A stretch of DNA of 63,762 nucleotides, the filler included, from Folioceros fuciformis (Eukaryota): NCBI GenBank assembly GCA_049999805.1. It is 19 parts of 19 records of this genome, joined end to end, with 100 filler letters (N's around TTAATTAATTAA, not from the genome) between each part and the next. Parts side by side here need not be neighbours in the genome. Positions count along the whole stretch, not along the records: positions 9,675 to 12,008 come from JBNGIO010003906.1; positions 12,109 to 14,274 come from JBNGIO010003907.1; positions 14,375 to 16,918 come from JBNGIO010003908.1; positions 17,019 to 23,443 come from JBNGIO010003909.1; 15 more parts are not named here. The stretch is one strand, 5' to 3'. This document shows positions 11,397 through 23,543 of this stretch, one piece after another. The notes under the pieces were generated by a model, which saw only the letters and a program-made list of their open reading frames with translations, did not search any database and was not told where the DNA came from. A program made the translations under genes and the position numbers. How positions within the stretch are numbered: the stretch's first letter is position 1; every line of letters begins with the position of its first letter.

Positions 11397-12108
11397 ACTT
11401 GATACCTACTAGATATGATTGGCACATTGAATCCACCCGAAGGTCTTGCTGAAGTGGATAGCAGAACAAAAGAGTCCATATGTACAATGCAGGCGCGCCC
11501 TGTCCTCAACGCTAGAACAATTCATGTAAAGAGGGCAACTTGTAGCAGTCATAGAAATGGCAAAAAAACGGGCAATTCCTAGTCCCACATAACATCCAAC
11601 CCGGATTGTATATAACTCTGTTCCGTTATTTCAGACGGCGCCAACTGACATGGCGGGTACTCTGGGTTGGAGAAATCCAAGTGTACCTAAAAATAAACTC
11701 GGCAAAAACCTCTGACCCAGAGTGCTCAACCTGGCCGTAAACCATTAATGTTTATTGTCTTCTGTACAACGGGGCTGGAAATCCTCTGGGAACGGGTTAC
11801 ATGGGAACCTAGCATAACTCTCCCACTTGACGTGCCCGCTCCCTCCACTTGCACGCCGCAGCTGCTTCGTGACCCAGCAAGGGCCTGCAGAGTCCCTCCC
11901 CCACACAAACCCGAATCGACGTTCCCGACTCTGAGGTAGACCAACGCCAAAGTGACTAAGACTTGAAGATGTTCATGCGATGAACTTGTCTGTGTTCTCT
12001 CCTGCTACNNNNNNNNNNNNNNNNNNNNNNNNNNNNNNNNNNNNNNNNNNNNTTAATTAATTAANNNNNNNNNNNNNNNNNNNNNNNNNNNNNNNNNNNN
12101 NNNNNNNN

Positions 12109-13062
12109 GCTGTGGATGAGCAGGTTCCGGAGGAGATGTGGTCTGGAAAGAAGCCATCATACAAGTATCTACCTGTGTTTGGCTGCGAGGCATACTACCA
12201 TGTTCCGAAGGAGTTTCGGGACAAGTTGGCACCCAAGTCCAAGAAATGTATTTTTCTTGGCTATGGTGAATCTGGTGTGATGGGATACCGTCTGTGGGAT
12301 CCAGAGGCCAAGAGGATGCTTTGCAGCAATGACGTGGTCTTCAATGAGACCAAGATGCACAAGAAGCCTACTCCAACTATGGAGGTCTTTCAAGAAGATG
12401 GACTTGACCGTCCCGCGCAGGTTGAACGTCGTGATGTGCAGGAACAAGTTCCTCCACTCATACAAGAGGAAAGAGTACAACCAGCTCCGGTCGAGGTGCC
12501 AGTGCTTCATAGGTCAGGAAGGATCTCACGTCCTCCTGATAGGTATGTTGCATCTCTTGATTATGTCATGCTGATGGATTGTGGGGAGCCTTCTTGTTAC
12601 CAAGAGGCATGTCAGTGACTGACAAGGACAAGTGGGAGAAGGCGATGCAGTCGCAGATGGATTTTCTCCACAAGAACCAAACTTGGGAGTTGGTTCGGTT
12701 GCCTAAGGGCAAGAAGGCATTGCCATGCAAATGGGGGTATAAGATGAAGGACATACCCCATTATGGCAAACCTAAGCACAAGGCACGATTGGTTGCTAAG
12801 GGTTTTAAGCAACAGCAAGGTATTGACTTTGATGAGATTTTCTCACCAGTTGTCAAAATGACCACCTTGCGATGTGTTCTTGGTCTGGTTGCAAGGAACA
12901 ACATGGAACTTTGTTCAGATGGATGTGAAGTCGGCATTTCTGCATGGTGGTCTCCAGGAAGAGGTATATATGCATCAACCAGAGGGCTTCATTCAGAAGG
13001 GCAAAGAGCATCTAGTGTGCAGGTTGAAGAAGAGCCTTTATGGCTTGAAGCATGCACCCAGG
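12109..13062 (+). mobile_element. Ty1/copia pol fragment (integrase C-terminus to RT)
   Basis: 'VFGCEAYYHVP...KLAPKSKKCIFLGY...GYRLWD', 'TWELVRLP...KARLVAKGF', '[11 protein letters not shown]...LKKSLYGLK'. A different LTR (TGTTGAG...) inserts at 13063. Confidence 0.95.
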
Positions 13063-13196
13063 TGTTGAGTTATCGAGCTCTATATGAGCTAAACTCATGT
13101 GGTGTTAGTTATCCCAGTTGGGTTCATACTAGACTAGTTCTAGTTATTAGTGAACTTAGGATAGTGTAGATTATCCCATATTGAACNNNNNNNNNN

Positions 13197-14274
13197 GCTG
13201 TGGATGAGCAGGTTCCGGAGGAGATGTGGTCTGGAAAGAAGCCATCATACAAGTATCTACCTGTGTTTGGCTGCGAGGCATACTACCATGTTCCGAAGGA
13301 GTTTCGGGACAAGTTGGCACCCAAGTCCAAGAAATGTATTTTTCTTGGCTATGGTGAATCTGGTGTGATGGGATACCGTCTGTGGGATCCAGAGGCCAAG
13401 AGGATGCTTTGCAGCAATGACGTGGTCTTCAATGAGACCAAGATGCACAAGAAGCCTACTCCAACTATGGAGGTCTTTCAAGAAGATGGACTTGACCGTC
13501 CCGCGCAGGTTGAACGTCGTGATGTGCAGGAACAAGTTCCTCCACTCATACAAGAGGAAAGAGTACAACCAGCTCCGGTCGAGGTGCCAGTGCTTCATAG
13601 GTCAGGAAGGATCTCACGTCCTCCTGATAGGTATGTTGCATCTCTTGATTATGTCATGCTGATGGATTGTGGGGAGCCTTCTTGTTACCAAGAGGCATGT
13701 CAGTGACTGACAAGGACAAGTGGGAGAAGGCGATGCAGTCGCAGATGGATTTTCTCCACAAGAACCAAACTTGGGAGTTGGTTCGGTTGCCTAAGGGCAA
13801 GAAGGCATTGCCATGCAAATGGGGGTATAAGATGAAGGACATACCCCATTATGGCAAACCTAAGCACAAGGCACGATTGGTTGCTAAGGGTTTTAAGCAA
13901 CAGCAAGGTATTGACTTTGATGAGATTTTCTCACCAGTTGTCAAAATGACCACCTTGCGATGTGTTCTTGGTCTGGTTGCAAGGAACAACATGGAACTTT
14001 GTTCAGATGGATGTGAAGTCGGCATTTCTGCATGGTGGTCTCCAGGAAGAGGTATATATGCATCAACCAGAGGGCTTCATTCAGAAGGGCAAAGAGCATC
14101 TAGTGTGCAGGTTGAAGAAGAGCCTTTATGGCTTGAAGCATGCACCCAGGTGTTGAGTTATCGAGCTCTATATGAGCTAAACTCATGTGGTGTTAGTTAT
14201 CCCAGTTGGGTTCATACTAGACTAGTTCTAGTTATTAGTGAACTTAGGATAGTGTAGATTATCCCATATTGAAC
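13197..14274 (+). repeat. Exact duplicate of 12109-13186 across an N10 gap (assembly artefact)
   Basis: Identical sequence and identical ORF translations at offset 1088. Confidence 0.9.
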
Positions 14275-14374
14275 NNNNNNNNNNNNNNNNNNNNNNNNNN
14301 NNNNNNNNNNNNNNNNNNTTAATTAATTAANNNNNNNNNNNNNNNNNNNNNNNNNNNNNNNNNNNNNNNNNNNN

Positions 14375-14830
14375 CGACTAATGACTAATAAGTCAACCGT
14401 GCCCTAAGTAGCTAGTTGTATAATAATATAATTTAGGGCTAGACAAAACGTGCCCTAAATTTCCACTCAAGGGGGTATTTATATCCTCTAGAAGAACTCC
14501 CAAGGAAGCTGCGCAAGAAGCGCACAAGAAGGGCACAAGAAGCGCACAGGAAGCTGCGCAAGAAGCGCACAGGAAGCTGCGCAAGAAGCGCACAGGAAGC
14601 TGCGCAAGAAGCGCACAGGAAGCTGCGCAAGAAGCGCACAGGAAGCTGCGCAAGAAGCGCACAAGAAGCGCACAGGAAGCTGCGCAAGAAGCGCACAGGA
14701 AGCTGCGCAAGAAGCGCACAAGAAGCGCACAGGAAGCTGCGCAAGAAGCTTCCTACAGATTAGCTTAAGCTAATCTAAACTAATGATACTTAACTAGACA
14801 CTAATCTTAGACTAAACACATTGGGCTTTA
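14375..14830 (-). mobile_element. Family A LTR segment containing a 23-bp tandem repeat (GAAGCTGCGCAAGAAGCGCACAG, 14504-14750)
   Basis: Flanks match 25235-25430. The homologous position there has a shorter, diverged AAGCTCAC repeat. Confidence 0.7.
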
Positions 14831-15029
14831 ATAACCCTACAGATCCTCTAGCACCTCTGAAAGGCAGAGGGCAGACAATTTGGAGTAGCCCACGGGAGGA
14901 GGGGGTAANNNNNNNNNNNNNNNNNNNNNNNNNNNNNNNNNNNNNNNNNNNNNNNNNNNNNNNNNNNNNNNNNNNNNNNNNNNNNNNNNNNNNNNNNNNN
15001 NNNNNNNNGAGTAGCCCACGGGAGGAGGG

Positions 15030-15425
15030 GGTAAGCACTTCCTTTGTAACAGAGGGTTGGATTGTGTTGCACTACCTGGAAAGGTCACTTATGTGCCTGG
15101 CCTCTGTGTGGATGGAGCCCGTGTGCTGCAGTTAACTGTACATGTGTGTGTGGACATAGGAGGGACAAGAGGCTACTGCCTGCAACTAAGGATCCACAGG
15201 GGGCCCTTCTTCCACTCCTGTCGGGGGTGGGGGCTGCCTCACTACTATTCTGAAGCCGTTCTGAAGGAGCTGACGGAGGAGGAGGCGCAAGCGTGGGTCG
15301 ACTGGGAGCCAGTGCTTATCCTTAGTAACAGGCCACAGGAAGAGAGGAGGAGTCCTCTGCGGCAGGACCTACCTGCGCCGCCGCTGGCAGAGGTAAGTAG
15401 TGACAGCGAGGTGGAGATCCTCTAG
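15030..15425 (+). pseudogene. Unknown retroelement-associated ORF, copy 1 (frameshifted)
   Basis: 'TEGWIVLHY..YVPGLCVDGARVLQL...GGTRGYCLQLR...GLPHYYSEAVLKELTEEEAQAWV' aligns with 35413-35901. Confidence 0.6.
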
Positions 15426-15764
15426 GAGGACTTGCCCGACCAACGGCGAGGAAGAAGGGCCAAAGGTCGGCGAGCGGGAGGCAGCCAAGCGTGGCGGTGA
15501 AAATAGGAGATAGTAATTGCATCCTAGATTCGAATCTTTGAAAAATCTCTAGGTAATGTTTTTCTCGAACCTGACACTACTCATAATTAAAAGCACCTCC
15601 CTGCCCGTGGACCAAACTTAATGGCGGGTCCGCAGCCGCCATTGCAATGTACAAGAGGCCCGTTAGCGCCTCGAAAGTGATGTTTTTATAGAACGATAGA
15701 TTGATTAACAGCGAGCACAAGGCATGAATATTCAGCAATAGCAGCACCCTCGCATGTGTGTGCG

Positions 15765-16918
15765 TGAGAGACATAGTTGTAGCGGTTAGTTAGTTCTTGG
15801 TACGTAACTATCTTGTAGTTGTAACTACCATGTAACCCTAACTTACTCGAAACGAAAACTACATTAATATATTTATTTATATGTTTTATACCTAATATAT
15901 ATATAAACCTAATTACGAGGTGCGAACCTAATCTATCCAACACCCCCACTTGAGCTCATCGTGATTAGGTTTCGATGGCGGCTGTCGCCTAGATTGATGC
16001 TCTGTTGATCAGTTGGATCGCCCAGCTTGAATTGACGCACAGCGCACCTGCACAGGCAACGGACTTCCACAGCATATGATCAGACCTACTCTTATGTCCA
16101 GCACCATTTCTGCGGAGGCGACTCTGTCGTTTTCAACTTCTCAGCAGCTGAGCTTCAGCCATAGGAGGCTTCTTCCAGTTGGTTCGCTCAAGGGATGCAC
16201 CCTGGTTTGCCGTGGACACAACTGGGCACCGCCCTCATTCATCTGCAGAACAATTGGACTCTACCTGCTGAGAATCGGTGTCGACAGCGAATCTACTCCT
16301 GGCTCTACTTGCAACTTTTATGCAGCTGATGCACTGTTTGAAGACCTGATCCAAGAAGATGCCGTGGCGCCGCCTTTCTAGTCATTCTTGCAGGGCCGAA
16401 GACCTAGTCTACTTGCATGTTTGTTGTGCAGTTCCTTCGACAGGGCCTTTGTCAGTAGATCAGCTGGATTGTCTGCTGTAGAGATGTACTTGATGCGCAT
16501 TTGTCCATCCGCCACCACCTCTCTTATGAAATGGTGGTGGATTTCTATATGCTTAGTCTTTGAGTGAAACACTGGATTGTGTGAGAGCGCTATCGCTCCC
16601 TAGTTGTCACAACGGATCACAGTTGCCTCAACTTGTGCCATACCTACATCAGATAAGTTCCTTCTGCACCAAATTGCCTCCTTGGCAGCTACAGTGAGTG
16701 CTTTATATTCAGCTTCGGTGCTTGAAGTGGAGATTGTGTTTTGCTTCTTGCTCATCCAGGATATGGGACCACCTGCTAACAAAAAAACATACGCTGACAG
16801 GGATTTTCTGCTGTCTAAGTCTGAAGCCCAGTCTGAATCTGTAAAACCCTCCAAGGTGAGCAACTTCTCTTCCATTCCTGCATAGACTATGCCGTGTGTT
16901 GGAGTCTGCTTAAGGTAT
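15765..16918 (-). mobile_element. Ty1/copia 3' end: RNase H (16918-16378), 3' region, PPT (15953-15943), LTR (~15942-15765)
   Basis: 'GFTDSDWASDLDSRKS...STEAEY...CDN', 'KTKHIEIHHHFIRE...NPADLLTKAL'. On the minus strand, TCAAGTGGGGG is followed by TGTTGG. Confidence 0.92.
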
Positions 16919-17018
16919 NNNNNNNNNNNNNNNNNNNNNNNNNNNNNNNNNNNNNNNNNNNNTTAATTAATTAANNNNNNNNNNNNNNNNNNNNNNNNNN
17001 NNNNNNNNNNNNNNNNNN

Positions 17019-17345
17019 GAGGAACAACCTAAGGAGGGCCAAAGTCCAATGAGCACGCCAAAGATTGGAGGAACAACCTAAGGAGGGCCAAAGTCCAATG
17101 AGCATGCCAAAGATTGGAAGAACAACCTAAGGAGGGCCAAAGTCCAATGAGCACGCCAAAGATTGGAGGAACAACCTAAGGAGGGCCAAAGTCCAATGAG
17201 CACGCCAAAGATTGGAAGAACAACCTAAGGAGGGCCAAAGTCTATGATGAGCACGCCAAAAATTGGAGGAACAACATAAGGAGGGCCAAAGTCCAAAGAA
17301 CATGCCAAAGATTGGAGGAACAATCTAAGGAGGGCCAAAGTCCAA
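17019..17345. repeat. 49-bp tandem repeat (GAGGAACAACCTAAGGAGGGCCAAAGTCCAATGAGCACGCCAAAGATTG)
   Basis: Units at 17019, 17068, ...; about 6.5 head-to-tail copies with no spacers. Confidence 0.92.
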
Positions 17346-18019
17346 AAAAGGTACTAGCCCCTTAGAAACTATCTACGGTTCTTAAAATATCATGATGGAG
17401 AATAAAAAAAAGCCTACTAAATTAGGTTGGTAAACTTGTAAGCATTACATAAATTATTTTATAATATATAATATATCATTATTGATAATAAATTTTATCA
17501 AATTTAGTTTATAAAGCAAATACAAATGACTTATACACTCACTTTGCTACAAGGAGAAACGCATGTAATGAACATGTTGTAAATTGAAAACTGGAAACCA
17601 TTAATCCCATTGTTTTATGTTAGTAATGTTCATTTTTACCACTCTCCCTTAACCATCTACCATTTCCTTTCAGGAATATTTTAAACATGACGTGACCTGA
17701 CAATACATTGAACATCGTCCGGACAACGAGGACAAAGAGCTCCGGTTTGGGAAATGTGAGAGAAAGGCTTAATAATGGATTGTTTGGAGCGATAATAGAC
17801 GCTCGTTTCGCGAGAGAAGTCGTACATAGCAGCTAAGAGTACCACGCTTTGCAATACAGTGTGGTGTTCCAGCGCAGATTGGATGCACAACGTGTGTGAA
17901 TTTGGCCAGGGGCGGGACCGGGAACGCGGCCGCAGCAGCGTGGAGGTGCGGGGCCGCAGTTGGCGATCTGTTGAGCTCTGATCCGCAGGAAGGAGGAGCG
18001 GAAGGGAGTGGAGACGACC

Positions 18020-18995
18020 ATGGCTCCCATCAAGAGGGCGGGCAATCCGCTGCTGGCGCTGGTGCCTAAGACGCTGATGCCGCAGCCTACAGACATCTCT
18101 GCGGGCGTGCTGTGGGGGACCACGGCTGTTGTTGGAGCCCTTTTTCTCGTCCAGGTTGGTCCTTCATTGCATTCTTTGCCCTGACCTGCCTCGGAGTGCC
18201 CCGTCTGAATCCCTTGGTTGCCGGTCTGTAAATTCTATGCTTGTCCGGTGACGAAATGTCGATCTCCTGCGGGTTGGATCGCCGCGGCTGAGGTTCGGCG
18301 TTGTGGCGCTTGCCGAAGTAGGGATAAGGTGGCCCACGTGCTGTGTGTTGCGATGGGGACGTGAACTCGTGAAGGAGGCGCCATATCGCAGGCTACGAGT
18401 TGGCGAGTTGGTAGTCTTGTGCCGAGGGTTTTAAGTGACTGAAAATCCGGCTTGTCGTCGGTGCAAGGGAGACATTCAGCGTGCAGCAGCTTTGCCATCA
18501 CCTACGCTCTGGACTGGGTTTGTAGTTGGGACCTGTCCTCTCAGTCTGGTGTGGTTGTCAGGGGAGTTTCATCTTACCTCTGTGAGCGGGGTTGGCGATC
18601 CGCACTGGAAAGTCCAGCAAGCTTTGATCTGCTTATTGAGGCTTTGCACTGGCATTGCACATCGCTGGCCGTAAGTTATGCGGCATGGTATCCTGATGGG
18701 ATAAGTTGGGGTAGTCACGTAAGATGTGTTTGTTGTCTGGCCAGACTTCACTGTCTCTGTTGTGATCAGGCTGCTGTCCTAACGTTGTGGCACCTTCTGA
18801 GATGGGTGTTGTGTCTTGCCCTGAAACTAGGTTGTGACTTGCACACGTGTGCTCTTGCATCTGGATGCCTGGGAGAGAGATCTGCATTCAAGTTGACGCT
18901 CCTGACAGGCATGTGGTTGTTGCGGCGTGCAGCCCTTTGGATGGATAAAGGAGCAACTTTTTACCAAGGAAGAAGAGAAAGCACCTGAGAAATGA
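18020..18995 (+). CDS. QCR10: Mitochondrial cytochrome b-c1 complex subunit 10 (QCR10/UCRY/UQCR11-like), 65 aa; exons 18020-18154 and 18933-18995
   Basis: Exon 1 MAPIKRAGNPLLALVPKTLMPQPTDISAGVLWGTTAVVGALFLVQ, then a GT...AG intron, then exon 2 PFGWIKEQLFTKEEEKAPEK*. Matches the plant UCRY pattern (TDI..A..WG....GA...VQPF.WIK). Confidence 0.9.
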
Positions 18996-20769
18996 GTGAG
19001 GGAATGCCGGAATGGAGCTACACGTCGGTTGGCCCACTGACGCCTCAGCTTGTGTTAGGCTTGAAAGCCACATTCTTCCCAAGCCTTTTTGTTGTGCTGA
19101 CTTGTCTTTTGACAAGGATTGCCTTGCAACTGGTCGTATCTTTTTGCTTGCCTGCGAAACGCAACAGTAGTTGACGAGAAGAGGATCTGCCTTGTGGCTC
19201 AGGATGTGGTGTATGTATATCTCCATCCGGCTCAATTTTTGTCTTCATTTGCTCCACATTTATTGACTATGGTTTTGCAACATGGGTTTCATTGATAACA
19301 TAGCGGTAGGAGTGCCGTGGGATTGAAACTTCTCGTGCCCGGAGGTTAAAGGAGGTTCGTTCTGAACAGAGGAGTTGCTTACCTTTCCTAAACCTTTCTC
19401 TTCCTAAATGTCTTGTGAGATTCACAGATAATTCCGTGTCTATCTGAGATGATCTAATTGCTTTGCAATCCTCCAGTTCCTGCTGAGGTCGATCAGTTCA
19501 TCGGACTTGCAGGTCAGCCAGTTTAGCACTCAGCGTGAATGGTCCTGCCCCGGTCCGTGCTCCTAAAGGACTTGCAGCACGAGGAAGCCAGCCTTACATC
19601 AACCATAAAGTAGATGTCTTGGCGACGAATGTCTGTCACCGGTTAAAGGCTTGTCTCACATCCTCCGAGAGCTGTTACTTACACGAATAGGTTTGCAAGG
19701 AGCGTGTGGCCATGGAAAAGCTTCTCGACCCGCCATCCTAACAGGGTTCTAGCGGTTGTCGAGCTGAGTTATCCTCAGCCCGCCTGTCCTGTTCAGGGGG
19801 TAATCCCGATTGACAATTTCAAAGAGGCTCTGTGTTCCGACACAGGGATCCTGCCGGTGCTTGCGGAACACAGGCATCTTTAGTGTCACATATTATCTTC
19901 AACAAGGGTTGCTGACCTACAAGATTCTTCTACGAAAGTCGGCAGCTATCTCGAACCCACTGAGAAATGACAGTGTGATCAAAGCTACAACGTACAGCTA
20001 ATCTCCTTGTATCCTCAAAAGAAGCACCAGCATGACTCTCACAGAGAGCCAACGCCAAGCTTTGACAGTTCGTCTCCTGTTCATGGCCATCAAGGGCACA
20101 AGCTTTTGAACTGTAGAAGGTGGCAACATCATTCCTGAAACCTACGGGCTTCTTACGGGCAGTTTTCTAACACAGAGACCATGCAACCTCATCCTGCAGG
20201 GCGACTGCGGGGAGGAGTGAAGAAACCACCCATGTGGTATTCTCAGATATATGGCAAGGGTAGTTTCTGCTTCCTCAAGCTCGTGAGCGAACTGGACTGG
20301 GGCGTAACAGAGTCAGGCAGATTTCATCTGGACAACGGCACCATGACTTACATCTGAAGGAAAGACAGATTAGTCGCTGTAAAGGCAGTCGGCATTTCAA
20401 AATCGTGAGTCTTGTTTCAGTCAGAATTCTGCATATGCCATAGTTGATTTGAACATCTTGAATGATTTGAGGCAGGCTCAACAGATTGATTGACTGCTGT
20501 ATGTTGTCTTTTTTTTTTAAAGTGAGAATAGAGTGGATTAGTTAATTTCTACTAGCAGACGGTTTCGTAGGGCTTTGCACGACAAGGTCTGTATAGGACA
20601 CCATTGTAGCCGTGCTCTAATTCAAGGGTGCTTGACAAGTGGACTTGCAATGCAACAACCACGTGTATATGTCACTTGTGAAGTGAGGATAGCAGATCTA
20701 GATCCTCTTTGAACTCCATCTGCAAATGCTCAAGGCAAGAATTGAGAAACCCAATGGGAGAATTGAGGC

Positions 20770-21175
20770 AGGGATTGAGAAGGCTTTGCACTTTTACGAC
20801 CACATGCAAGAAGAGGATGTCCTCCCAAACATTAGCTGAGATTGTAACAAACACTCTTACTAAGGAGTGTCTAAACAAGGTGGAGCGGCCCTTACTGAGG
20901 GGTGTCTAAACAANNNNNNNNNNGGTGTCTAAACAAGGTGGAGCGGCCCTTACTGAGGGGTGTCTAAACACGGTGGAGTGATTGTAAAAGCGGATGGTCA
21001 TTCATGCAGACCTGTATCAACGTAGGTTATCGTTCTAATTCAATTGTTGGCAACATTCATAGGCAAATGAATGCAAACTGTGGAAGCATTTTGGATGCAA
21101 AGCATGTGTTCGATATCTTGTGTACGAGAGACGTAGCGTTTGAGAATGGAATGATCTTAGGTATGCTAAACTAGA
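20770..21175 (+). pseudogene. Degenerate PLS-class pentatricopeptide repeat fragment
   Basis: 'IEKALHFYDHMQEEDVLPN' and 'VGNIHRQMNANCGSILDAKHVFDILCTRDVAFENGMILG' resemble PLS PPR motifs (MYAKCGS..DA..VFD.M..RDVVSWN.MI.GY). Frameshifted. Confidence 0.7.
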
Positions 21176-21869
21176 AGAGAGGAGGGTGAGGGGGCTTAGC
21201 ACCTACATGATCCATCCATAGATTGAGAGTGTAATGTTAAACAAGACCTAGGACCCGGTTCTTTATTCTATAATCAGGAGTCAACAAAAATATACAATAC
21301 AAGACGGTTACAGACCATCACATACCTTGGGTGCTCACAACCTAAGCATTGAATGCTCTCAAGGCATGAGGAGTAAGAAGGTCATATCTTAGAGAAAACT
21401 CTCATGGCCATCACACACCTTGGATGCTCACAACCTAAGCATGGAATGCTCTAAAGGCCACATCTTAGTTGCTTAGAACCTAAGCATTAAATGCTCCCAA
21501 GATCACATCTTAGATGCCATAACCTAAGCATTAAATGCTCCCAACGTTACATTTTAGATGCCATCAGCCTAAACATTGAATGCCCTTGCAAAGCATGAGG
21601 CAATATATTTATGTGTATCTCCCTTAGTCCAAGGCTAGGTCCCCTTGTTTAGACTAAGGCTCTAGTTACTCTCATCATAACTACTTAACTTAAGCTCCAA
21701 GCTACGTTCTATTATCACTCATTCTAGGGTTGCATATTTCATGCATACTACTTCAGCAAGCTCTCTTCCATGTTTCTTAAGCAAGATTTGTTTCTTTAAG
21801 TATATAAATGGTATGCATTAAGTAGTAATTACAAGAAAAAAAAATTCTTCTTCAAAGGTTTGCTAAGCA

Positions 21870-22170
21870 TATTGTTATTGTGGGAAAGTTTCCCAAGAAG
21901 TATTGTTATCTGAGAAAAGTTTCCTAAGAAGGATTGTTATCTCAATAAAGTTTCCTAAGACCCCTCATATTCATTTTAGAAAAACAGGATGAACAACCTA
22001 AACCCTACAACCCATCTACCCTTAGAGAGGAAGGTAAACCATGATAAGGACACTAGGAGCTAGAAGTTTCCTAAGAGGGATTGTTATCTTAGAAGAGTTT
22101 CCTAACAAGGATTATTATCTTAAAAAAAGGTTCCAACGAAGGATTGTTACCTTAGAAAAGTTTCCTAAAC
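21870..22170. repeat. Degenerate ~31-bp repeat (GGATTGTTATCTTAGAAAAGTTTCCTAAGAA)
   Basis: Two clusters of about 3 copies each, upstream of the haspin-like ORF. Confidence 0.7.
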
Positions 22171-22413
22171 AGGATTTTTTGAGTTAATAAGAAGGTTTAC
22201 TAAAAAGAAATATTCTTATCATGTAGGTTTTTCTGTCTTTCCCTATGTAAGGGACGCATGCTTGAAAACATAACCACCTTTCACAAAATCACGAAGGTTT
22301 GCTTTGGACTCCCAGCAAGGATTGTTTAAGCTCTCAACAGGTACACTTTTTATAGCTCAACTAGATATATATATACATTGAAAGTATTTGAAGGCTGCTA
22401 GCACTTCACCGAC

Positions 22414-23109
22414 ATGGAGTCTAAAGACTCTTTTAAAGTATCTAATTTCAAAAGTAGGATGGAGTCCACAACTACCTTTATGACTCAATGTATCAATTCT
22501 ATGGGCATAAATTTGACAAATATACAAAAAATAGATGAAGGCTCATATGGTGAAATATATAGGTGTAGCAACAATGTGCTGAAGGTAATAGCCATGGAAA
22601 GTGCAAGTGACATTCAAAACGAGTTTGCAATTGCAAAGATCTTGTCAAAGTTACAAGACCTTAAGAACTCGTATTTTTGCAAAACCTTCATGAGAAATAT
22701 ATGCGAAAAGGAATATGAGGGACAATATTCTAGTGAGCTCTCTATAGCTAGGGCATTATGGTCAAATGCTGCTTCTTCAAGTCATCTTGCCAACTATCTA
22801 TACGGCTAGAAATTTAAGTTAGCAGTGCAAGAAGATAGTGGGGTTACTCTAGGTGCTATCAAATTTGAAAACTTGAAAGAAGTAAAAAGTACACTATTGC
22901 AAGTGATTTTAGCGTTAGAGGTTGTGGAAGCAGCATTCTCATTTGAGCATCGAGATTTACATGATCGCAATATTCCTATATCTCGAAGAAGAGATGAGAC
23001 CACAGCTGCAAGATTTCGGATAAATGACTGTGAAAAATGGATCAACGTTTATGGGATACATGTTAGAATTATTGACTTTAGATTATCTCGACTTCAGTTA
23101 AATGAACAT
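22414..23109 (+). pseudogene. Intronless haspin-like atypical protein kinase remnant
   Basis: One frame with a single TAG at 22807: 'KIDEGSYGEIY...VLKVI', 'LLQVILALEVVEAAFSFEHRDLHDRNI', 'YGIHVRIIDFRLSRL'. Matches haspin signatures FEHRDLH and IIDFTLSR. Truncated by a repeat insertion. Confidence 0.82.
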
Positions 23110-23346
23110 GTGAGGGTCGTTTTAGTGATTGGAGTGAGTTTGTGGGCACCGAGAGAGGTGCAGTTGTTTGCTGGACAGCGAGGACTGTCCCACGCCTGAT
23201 CGGAGCTGGAGGGGAGCCCTCGAATCCGTCATCAAGTCGGTTGAGTCCGACCCTCCATCCAAAGCAGCTAGGAACCCCATCGCTCCTTCGTGGGAACAAA
23301 ACTCAATGCCTCAACGACAATGGGATAAGTGTGGTCGCTAAAGGTT
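23110..23346 (+). mobile_element. Family A-related LTR fragment interrupting the kinase
   Basis: Homologous to 1215-1450. Confidence 0.75.
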
Positions 23347-23543
23347 GAAAGAAATGAAAGAAATGGGAAAAGGGGAGGGAGGCGGGATGGGCAGCTTTCC
23401 AAGCAGCGGGGTAGCTTTCTGGGCAGCGGGCAGCGATCGAGCANNNNNNNNNNNNNNNNNNNNNNNNNNNNNNNNNNNNNNNNNNNNTTAATTAATTAAN
23501 NNNNNNNNNNNNNNNNNNNNNNNNNNNNNNNNNNNNNNNNNNN

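Noticed and set aside
12109-14274. Apparent perfect tandem duplications (also 23544-24725, 27174-28315, 28416-30189, 30290-31607, 31708-33451)
   Set aside because: Each is a whole contig repeated identically across an N gap, which is a scaffolding artefact.
14393-14744. Cys/Ala-rich ORFs (also 361-996, 25000-25355, 61278-62236)
   Set aside because: Translations of tandem or simple repeats, open in several frames.
17019-17345. CRISPR-like array (also 405-880, 10053-10310, 14504-14750)
   Set aside because: Head-to-tail minisatellites with no unique spacers, no cas genes, and a eukaryotic context.
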